DNA of 64,000 nt. It comes from Eledone cirrhosa (Eukaryota). The notes beneath the pieces are model-generated. The model was not told the DNA's origin and did no database searches. It saw nothing but the letters and a program-made list of their open reading frames with translations. Shown here piece after piece: positions 54,283-64,000 of the stretch (position 1 is its first letter; each line of letters begins with the position of its first letter). The stretch lies in assembly GCA_964016885.1 (NCBI GenBank), contig OZ024743.1, forward strand, positions 149,296,001 through 149,360,000. The letters are read 5' to 3'. The translations under genes and the position numbers were made by a program.

Positions 54283-57133
54283 GCCGTGAGTGTCAATAAG
54301 TGGTGTTTTTTGTTTTTTTTTATGACCATGCTGTAAAATGGAGGGGTAGAGGGGGACCATGAGTCCAGTAAGACATCCTCTCTAGTGCTGGGGCCACAAA
54401 TAAAAGCACCCAGTCCATGCTGTAAAGTGGCGCTGGTGTTAGGAAGGGCATCCAACTAGTGTATCAATGCCAAAACGATTATAAGCACAGCAACAAGTAT
54501 ATAGAAAATGAAGACGTCGCATTGAAGAGTTGCAACACTTAATGTTGGCACTCTCACAGGTAGATCTGCTGATATAGCAGAAATGCTGGAGAGAAGGCAT
54601 GTGGATGTGTACTGCGTGCAAGAGGTGAGATGGAAAGGTGCCTCTGCGAGATTAGTCGCAGGCAAACATCTTAGCTATAAGCTTTTCTGGGTAGGTAAGG
54701 ATGATGGGTTAGGGGGAGTAGGCATTTTCCTGGCTGAGAGATGGATCAATAAGACAATAAAGGTAGTTCGAGTTAGTAATCGAATAATTAAGCTTAGATT
54801 AGTTGTAGGCAGGAGACTACTGACAATCATCTCTGCCTATGCTCCCCGAGCAGGCCTAGGCAAAGAAGAGAAAGACTGCTTTTACGAGCAACATTTACAA
54901 ACAACCGCAATGACAGAGGACGGAGACATCGTTATGCTAGCAGGGGACTTCAATAGTCATGTTGGACAGCTCCAGGATGGTTACACTGGGGTACATGGTG
55001 GGCACGGTTACGGGACAAGAAATGAAAAAGGCGTGCAACTTCTTGAATTTTGTGATGCAAGTACACTGACTATTTGCAACACTAACTTCCAGAAACCTGC
55101 CAACCACCTAATAACCTACAAATCAGGCGAGCACATAAGCCAGATTGACTTCTTACTAGTTAGGCAGCTGGACAGGCAGATGGTGTCAAATAACAAGGCA
55201 TACCCTGGGGAAGAATGTACCCCACAGCATAGGTTAGTCGTTAGTGATATCTCAGTAAGCAAGATATGGACATACAGGAAGGTGTGGAGAAGAAAGGTCT
55301 GGAAGCTAAAAGACCTTTCACTAAAATACAAATTTAGGAAAGCCCTTCAAGATGTGTATGACAAAAAAGAAGACGATTTAGAGACGTATGACATAGATAA
55401 TAACTGGAATTTCTTACGTAACAACTTACTGCAGGCTACTGATGAAACTTGTGGCTGGAGCAGAGCTCCAACCAGACAGAGAGTGACCTGGTGGTGGAAC
55501 AGCATAGTAGATGAGGCCATTAGGGACAAAAGACTAGCATGGAAGGCTTGGAAAAAGGGTGGGAGTAGATAGTTGCTGAGATGCTGAAGAAGTCAGGGGA
55601 TGTAGGCACTAAACTGGTTGCACGCATCATCAATCAGGCTATATATGGTGGTGTCATACCCAAAGACTGGTGCAGCAGTATTCTCATAAATTGCTACAAA
55701 GGTAAAGGGGATGCTCTGAAGAGGAGCAATTATAGGGGTATAAAACTGATGGATCAGGCTATGAAAGTGGCAGAAAGGATATTAGCACAACTAATTAGAG
55801 AATGGGTCAAACTAGATGAGATGCAGTTTGGTTTTGTGCCTTGGTGAGACATTTACAAGTGAGGTTCTTAGAGAAGAATAAGCCACTATACTTAGCTTTT
55901 GTTGACCTAGAGAAGACCTTTGATAGGGTACCCCGATCTGTCATCTGGTGGTCCCCTAAGGAAACTAGGTGTTGAGGAATGGCTCGTGAGGACAGTGAAA
56001 ACTTTGTACAGAGGTACTGTTGGTAAAGTCAGGGTAGGAATGGAGTTTAGTGAGGAATTCCAGATACAAGTAGGAGTACATCAATGTTCGGTCATTTGCC
56101 CGCTCTTGTTCATTATAGTCCTCCAAGCCATAACAGGGGAGTTTAAAACTGGCTGTCCATGGGAACTTCTCTATGCTGACGATCTGGTTCTTATAGCAGA
56201 ATCAGTAGAGGAGCTAGAGAATAAATTCTGGCTATGGAAACAGCAGTTGGAAGCAAGGGGACTGAGAGTGAACCTAGTTAAGACAAAAGTGTTGATGAGT
56301 AGAAAAGAGGACAAAACTCTGATTCCGTCAGGGAAATGGCCTTGTTTGATATGCAGAAAAGGAACTGGCATAAATTCTATAAAATGCACACAATGCAGAT
56401 CCTGGATACACAAGAGATGTAGTGGGATAGCAGGCAAACTAACAAGTAGGGAGAAATACGTATGCAGTAGATGTACAGGGAAATTAGAGAGTAGAAGTCG
56501 CATTGATAGACACATTTTTCAAATGCAGGCGGGTGCTATAGAAGTGGTGGATAGCTTCCGGTACCTAGGAGATCAGATTATCATGGGAGGGGGGTGTTCT
56601 GAGGCCATAGTATCTGGAATAAGGATGGGTTGGAAGAAGTTTAGGGAGCTGCTTCCTCTGCTGACGAAGAAGTGTTTCTCCCTGTGTACAAATGGCCGGT
56701 TATTATGATGCCTGTGTGAGGAGCGCGATGCTGCATGGTAGTGAGACATGGGCAGCAACTGCAGAGGATATGCGATGGCTGGAGAGAAATGAGGCAAGCA
56801 TGCTCCGTTGGATGTGAAATGTCAATGTGCGTGAACGACCCATCATGAATGTATTGAGAGGGATAGAATGTAGTGTGCGAGAGAGGAGACTGAGGTGGTA
56901 TGGACTTGTGATGCGCATGGAGGATGACCGATGGATGAAGAAGTGCCAGGAAATGCTAGTTGAAGGAAGACGTGGTAGAGGTAGACCACGAAAAACATGG
57001 GCGGAGGTGGTGAGAACAGACCTCAGATCGCTGAAGCTCACAGTGGAGATGACGAAGGACTGTGACAAGTGGAGAGATGCTGTGCTGAATAAGACCCGTC
57101 CCACACTTGCAAGTAGGGAAAAGCGGACGTAAA

Positions 57134-57174
<41 letters not shown>
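54283..57174 (+). mobile_element. Near full-length RTE (BovB-like) LINE, endonuclease plus RT plus PHD-type finger, disrupted and internally deleted
   Basis: ATLNVGTL, VQEVRW, AGDFN, IDFLL endonuclease motifs; NYRGIKL, YADD, FRYLG, GRPRKTW; stops and frameshifts; linker deletion near 55570; (GAT)n tail. Confidence 0.95.
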
Positions 57175-57187
57175 ATATATATAAATC

Positions 57188-58895
57188 CTCATCATCATCG
57201 TTTAACGTCCATCTTTCACAATAGCATGGGTTAGGTACCACTTGATGTGGGAATGGTTGGGAAACCGTGTCTTGCTAGCACAGAAGTGTATCTGGCAAGT
57301 TTTTACAGCTGGATGCCCTTACTAACACCAACCACATTTACATTGTGGACTGGGAGCCTTTTTACCGAGTCTCCTACACGGCCACCTTACAGTGTGGACT
57401 GTTGTGTCATCAACACAGTGGACGGAACGGGAAAGGGCAGATGGTGTAGGGTGTGGTAGTGGGGTGTACATTGGGTTAAGAGGTGCCTACTGACTGTAGG
57501 TTGGTATACAATAGCAGTTGGGTCTTCTGTACAGCTGCAAAGGTCTCGCTACAGTGTCATTGTCTTAGAGAGGTGTAAGTGAGCAAGGTCAGTCTTTATC
57601 ACCTCGTCCCAGGTTTTTCTTGGTCTCCACTCCGTAGCTTCCATGAATTTTCATTGCTTGCACTTTTTTATACAGCTGTCGTCCTTCATATGCATCACAT
57701 GGCCATACCAACGCAATCTCCTCTCCAGAACACAACATTTGATACCCCTTATCCTTAGTCTCTCTCTTAATTCGTTTACATTACTATTACACATCCACCG
57801 GAGCATGCAAGCTTCATATCTTTCTAATCTACACAGGTCTTCAGCACACAACGCCCAAGTCTCACTACCATGTAATATCACTGTTCATATACATGCATCA
57901 TACAATCTGCCTTTCATTTTTAGAGAAAAATCCCTTGTGGCCAACAGTGGTATTAACTTTTTCCATCCAGTTCTAACTCTGGCTACTACACTTTCAGAGC
58001 ACTCTCCTCCACTGCTGATTTTGTCACCCAGGTAACAGAAGGTGTCTACTATTTCTATAGAACCATCTGGGCAGTTGAAGGAGATATCATCCAGTGGGTC
58101 CTTGCTACTTAGTGCACCTGAGCATCGGCCACATATAAAATCTTCATTCTTAGATAGCTTACCTGTGATCCCACTACATCTTTTATGTACCCATAGTTTG
58201 TATTTGGGACATAGAATGGAGTTTCTACATACTCCTTTCTTACATACTAAGCATGGCCATTTCCCAGAGGGTACCTGTGCCGTATTCTCCTTTCTACATA
58301 CTAGAGCCTTAGTCTTAGACATGTTGACTCTAAGGCCTTTTGATTCAAGGCCATGTTTCCATATTTGGAACTTCCTCCCTAGTTCAGCCATGGATTCAGC
58401 TATGAGAATTAGATCATCTGCATATAGAAGTTCCCATGGGCAGCCAGTCTTAAACCCTTCTGTTATAGCCTGTAGGACAATAATAAACAGGAGGAGGCTA
58501 AGGACAGAGCCTTGGTGAACCCCCACTATTATACTAAATTCATCACTATATTCATTGTTAATTGTAACCTTATTGACTGTTCCTCTATACATGGCTTGCA
58601 TAGCTCTCACAAGTCATTCTTCCACTCCTAGTTTTCTAAGAGCCCACCAGATTAAGGTGTGTGGGACTCTGTCAAAGGCCTTCTCCAAGTCAACAAAAAC
58701 TAAGTAGAAGGGTTTACTGTTAGCTAGGTACTTCTCCTGCAATTGCCGTACAATGAAAAGAGAGCATCCGTGATACTTTTACCCGGCACAAATCCAAACT
58801 GCATTTCATCTAGATCAATTTGGTCTCTAATCAGTTGAGTAATAACTCCTTCTGTGACTTTCATAACTTGGTCAACTAATTTAATACCCCTCTAG
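57188..58895 (-). mobile_element. Diverged 5'-truncated RTE LINE, tail-to-tail with the previous element
   Basis: GVHQGSVLS, YADD, Cys-rich finger, HGSETW. Confidence 0.93.
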
Positions 58896-58919
58896 TATTT
58901 AATATCTCTATATATATAT

Positions 58920-59153
58920 GTATTGATTCCAGAGTCAGGCTAGATCGATACAGATCAAACCTTCGGCTGATCAATAGCGAAACGAACGTCACTACTCAAT
59001 AAACTTAATGAAGCCATAACATATCGTCCTTTTCATTATTACACTCTGCTTAGTTCTACACCTCTATACTTACTGGAAACTATGCATCGAGTGTTGACAC
59101 TACATCGAATGCTGAACCTACATCGAGTGCTGAACCTACAGTAACTGGACGTT

Positions 59154-59157
<4 letters not shown>
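58920..59157 (+). mobile_element. Penelope-like 3' fragment with half hammerhead and an 18-bp triplication
   Basis: gct/gatcaat/agc-GAAAC-gaac-GTC, AATAAA, three catcgagtg-type units; (TA)n flanks. Confidence 0.55.
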
Positions 59158-59242
<85 letters not shown>

Positions 59243-59749
59243 GAGAGTATGAACAAGATGTGATTTTTCTGACCCATCTAGTCTTAGACCATCACCTTTA
59301 AATCCTTACAATATTTATCTGATATATGGCCATCTGCTTGAAACTTCAAGGCTATGATATTTGTATATTGATATGTCTAGTGTTTTAAATTTTACTCTTT
59401 TGATGTGTTCATAATTTATTTAAATCATAGAAGTTGTCATGTAATGTATAGCACCTTAAGGAATGTAAAATAAACACAAAACAAATGCTGATCATATCCT
59501 ACCATGTTTGAAAGCTTGCAACATTAAGTGAAACCTTTATGTGGTAGCAAATAACACTCAAATATTCTCTCTCAAACTGCACCTTACTGTCTTGGAAAAG
59601 AGAAAGATTTATTGGATAATGTATATATATATAACCCTAAAAATGGAATGGTCATGGTTGAAACAGTTTTATAGCTCTACGTCATCAAGGTTTACCTAGT
59701 GTTAACCAACAACACCAAGACGGTCTCACTAGATAATGTACTCCAAGAT

Positions 59750-60022
59750 GGTATAGTGTGGTCCCGTAATTCCCAACAGAGTCATAGGAGCGCCGCATTG
59801 ACAAACAGCATTTCTTGGGCATTTTAAGACTGGTGGAGCCCATCTCTCTCCAGGCCTGAGTACAGTAGATTTCTTCCAGAGAGAAGAAGAATCAGCCCCA
59901 GTACTAGACTGGTAGTTTTTTTATCGACCTCAAAAGATGAAAGGCAAAGTTGACCTCAGCAGGATTTGAATTAAGAGAACAGAGAGCTGGAACAAATATC
60001 ATAAAGCATTCTAACAACTCCT
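59750..60022 (-). mobile_element. Nin-type SINE insertion with a candidate 17-bp TSD
   Basis: ataatgtactccaagat (59733-59749) and ataatacactccaagat (60023-60039) flank a gatgaaaggcaaagttgacctc domain. Confidence 0.65.
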
Positions 60023-60949
60023 ATAATACACTCCAAGATACACTGTCATATTAGTATCATCATTGTTTTTATATCTGCCTTCCCATACTGTGATGATTTG
60101 GACATACATTTTTGAAGTAGTGTTTTACAACTGGATGCCCTTCCTCGCGCCAACTCGTTTTTGACATCCACTGATGCAGTGTATTTGAATAAAAAACGAG
60201 GTGGTCATTGATGGTATATTTTTGATCATAGGTCTGCTTAATCAGCTATGATCAGGGACTACCCGCTTTGCTACACACACACATACACACACAACAACTA
60301 CATCATCATCTCTTCAGCAACAAAGAGGGAAAAAAACTATAAAAACAAACATTCAGTTAACTAAATGACAATCAAGTGCTGAGCAAGCAAAACAGACATA
60401 AAATAGAATTTCATCACTTCATCAGCTTCATAGTAAAAGACATCAGAACAAAGCTTGCTGGGAAGAAGAAGGCAACGCTTGTAATTAAAGCTATTATTCT
60501 ATTATTTATAGAAAGTGGTAACAAATAAACAAATAAATTTGAAAAAAAGTGTGGTGTTTCTAGACATTTTTTTTGTAAGGGTGATGCAGACTTTTTGGCA
60601 ATTTTTTTTATTGTGGGCGTTTTTTTTTTATGAGTAGGAGTTTCATGAAGGGAATATAGAGTAAGACAGGTATTGGCAAGGAACTGCCTTTTAATTACTA
60701 GACTTCTTCAAGAATGAAATAAAATGAGTTCATTGTCTTGTTAATTCAGTTGGCCAAATTTCTCCATAGAACTAAAGGTTTAAGACTAAAACTGATATGA
60801 TTGACGTTGAACTTGAGATGGCTTCAAGGTATTCCAGTAAAATTGGTAAAAATAAACTAATTGTTTTGAGTGGGTATTTTTTTCCTTTCTCCTTTATTTC
60901 AAGCGTAATTTCTTATATCTATCTAACTCCCTCTTCTCTCTCTCTCTTT

Positions 60950-61000
<51 letters not shown>

Positions 61001-61046
61001 AGTGTTTGTGTATATATATGTTTATATATATATATATATGTATATA

Positions 61047-61137
<91 letters not shown>

Positions 61138-61300
61138 ATATATATACAAATATATATATATATATATATATGCAGTACTTCTACCTCTCCATATTGTTCA
61201 TTAAGACTTTTTCAAGTTTCATTTCAACTCAGTCGTATTTTTTTTGCATTATTTAAACATCCATAGATACACAATTACATACAAACTCCCACAGTACATG

Positions 61301-61335
<35 letters not shown>

Positions 61336-61449
61336 TCTGGCAGATTACCTGGCGTTGCCCAAGCTGAAAAGTATCTATAACTGTACCAGAATTGTTCTTA
61401 ATGGATGACATATATTTAGTTTAATAGAACGCTATAGAAATTCTTATAC

Positions 61450-62280
61450 TTCTTCTTCTTCACCTACTTATTCCTGAGAGGGTCAATGAAGCAGAGTCCT
61501 CCAACTGGTCCTGTCAGAAGCAATCATTTTCAATTGATCCTGCTGGATCCCCATTCCAGACAAGCCAAGCTCATGGATGTTATCATCCACTTTCCTCAAG
61601 GTCTATTCCTGAGTCTACTCCCCAATAGGTTTGCCCAATTCTTTCCTAAGGCATTCTAAACACATACCTGTACTATCAGAGCTGTGATCTCTCAATTTGG
61701 ATGGCTCTACTAACAGCAATTCTCTGATATCCGAGTTATGCATGCTATTGAGTATTGGCGTACCAAAGACCCTTCGGAAGAACCCCATGTTGGCTGCTTG
61801 TATTCACGATGATATTTGTTTGGTTATTACCCAAGATTCATGATCATAAGTCACAGTTGGAACAAATACTGAATTGAAGATAGCGAGTTTGACTTTTACA
61901 TCTACCTCCTTTCTTCTGATGACTGAATGCTGAAGCTGATGCAATATTACATCAGCTCCTGTAATTCTTTTACTTAATTCAGCCAACACCCTTTCAACAT
62001 AGCTGTGTATTTCAATCTGGTTTATGAAGATTATGAACAGAGAAGGTGACAGTTTGCAACCTTAGCAGTGTCCAAAAGTCACACTGAATAGTTTCTACTT
62101 AGCATCATTTATCCAAATAGAAATACTACAGAATTTATTGTGTGGGGACTTCAGATCATCAAGAAGCTGATCATCTATCTCATATGCCTACAGAACCTTC
62201 CACAGGTCCCATGGAATGCAGTGATAAGCCTTTTCAAGGTCTATGAAACATGCATACACCTCGTGGCAATACTCTCACAA
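61450..62280 (-). mobile_element. Degenerate LINE RT fragment with (GAA)n tail
   Basis: CFIDLEKAY, KLSPSLFIIF, KLAIFNSVFVPTVTYDHESW on minus. Confidence 0.8.
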
Positions 62281-63563
62281 TTGTAAAAGCATTTCATAAG
62301 TATTAAAGAACACAGGATTAAGTGATATTGAAAACAGTTGTAATTAATTTGAAGCTATTGTTGACCATAATATTTTATTATTTTTCTTGAAATACTTTAA
62401 ATCTTAAAAGAATCTTTAAAATCAGTAAAAACCAGAATATCAGTAAGAAGACCTCCTATCAAGTATTTCTATAATGCATGAAAATGAGAGTAACCAAAAG
62501 TAACCCATGCATCCAAATATTGGAATTGGTCAGCAACAATACTTGAAAGAAGAAAAAAATGACATTAATGACTGCACTTAATCCCAGCTTTATGACATTA
62601 GATCTGTATTGCTCATAATGTTCATGAAAACTATCATGAGAGCAGCTCAAGAATAACAATAAGCATCCCATATAAAATTAGTCATGAAAACAATGGGATT
62701 TCTGCTGTCCCAGAGCTCACTGTGTTTGGCAGAAGAAATGTAAGTTTTTCTATAGTAAAACCTACAGCTCTCACTCACAATTGAGTATGAATTGATAGTA
62801 TAAATTATGTTTGAAATGTCTGTTATAGGTGCTGATGTAGTCATAAGAGACACAGTCAAGAAGCAGGCAAGAGCAATATCAAAAGTATGAGTATGATGGT
62901 TACATATAAAGTAAACAGAGAGAGGAAATAAAAAGATGATGAGGTGTAGGAAGAGATGTTTAAAGGAATATGGGAGACAAGATGTGATATATATACAAAC
63001 AAACATTTAGAAATATGTAATAGATTAGAGCTCTGTCTTTGAGGCCTTATTAATATATTTGAAAAAGAAAAAAATTCATTTAACAAGAGCTTTAATTACT
63101 ACACATTTCTTAAAGGTGCTAAAGCTCAATGGATATCCAGTATTCACTGACAGTGTCTTCAGAGACCTACTCCCAGGAAACATAAGACCTCTTCGAAGAT
63201 AGCTATTGCTAACTGCAAGGCCATCCACAGGAAGGGATTGGATATACAGTTAGTCCACTCTGCCCCATCTGCAACATAGACATATGTGATATATAGTATC
63301 CAAGGAATGTTTTCCACCAGCAACACAATCCATGTCTGAGATCACCTAAATACACATGCACACAACTTCAAGAAACATAACTAAGGGCAAACCACAAATA
63401 AAGATATTGCAGTGAACATTGAAGCCAAGAATAGGAATACTGGTAATTTTCAAATCAACAAGAGACTAGAAATCAACACCCAGCAGCTAACATAGAAAGA
63501 CTTACTACCACACTTCATCCCTCTTCAAAAGTAGATACAACCATAGCTTAGATCATAACATAC

Positions 63564-63701
63564 CTTTGAATACATATCAAATAATCCATTAACCACTTCC
63601 AAAATTGAAAAACAAACACCACTTATAGATTTAGAAATGCCAGCATAAGAATGACCCATAATTCGTTTCCTCAACTCTTCTTTTGATAAAGCAATTTTAT
63701 C
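63564..63701 (-). CDS. Probable internal coding exon of an unidentified host gene (DKIALSKEELRKRIMGHSYAGISKSISGVCFSILEVVNGLFDMYSK)
   Basis: atatttcag| acceptor, AAG|gtatgt donor, 138 nt, open in phase 0-0, unique sequence; not in the ORF track. Confidence 0.65.
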
Positions 63702-64000
63702 CTGAAATATTAAGGACTATTAAACAACTATAGTGTAACATTTCAACATCTTTGTTATCATAATTTTAAGCATTTAATGCCCCATTTGCATTGCTGTAGC
63801 CTTCTAATAATGCACACTATTTTCTAAACTTTATAGAATGTTTCAAGCAAATTACAACTGCCTCTTAATATATCTTTAGTTTAATATTTCAAGTAAAGGC
63901 TAATGCATATATTATGTTCACATAATAAAGATAAATTTAACCTCTGCAAGATTTAATATCTTAAAAAAGATAATAAATAAAGCCAAAAAGAAATATAGTA

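Noticed and set aside
60770-60845. Plus-strand exon candidate [16 protein letters not shown]
   Set aside because: Weak donor site, no supporting neighbours, and opposite to the better-supported exon.
62459-63086. Minus-strand ORFs of 70-119 aa
   Set aside because: Overlapping frames, no motifs and no convincing splice boundaries; likely intron.

Overview
AT-rich eukaryotic, repeat-dominated DNA, very likely from an octopus or other cephalopod (inferred from the (TA)n/(ATC)n density, RTE LINEs and tRNA-derived Nin/CORE-type SINEs). Nearly all ORFs in the track are microsatellite artefacts or antisense shadows of LINEs. Supported content: many RTE-clade LINE copies (two near full length at 33.6-37.0 kb and 54.3-57.2 kb, all disrupted), two SINE families, a non-autonomous Helitron, Tc1/mariner- and piggyBac-type MITEs, a mariner transposase relic and one good minus-strand host exon near 63.6 kb. 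The most striking unannotated signal is a set of about ten unrelated short non-coding elements embedded in (TA)n tracts. They carry hammerhead-ribozyme folds (CUGANGA...GAAA...NUH, often followed by AATAAA), typical of Penelope-like element termini or retrozymes. Many occur as fold-back hairpins whose turn point lies in or next to the ribozyme, and at least six families share a TYGAGTRC-like motif about 39-50 nt from their 3' end. Coordinates were read by eye, so element boundaries are approximate.
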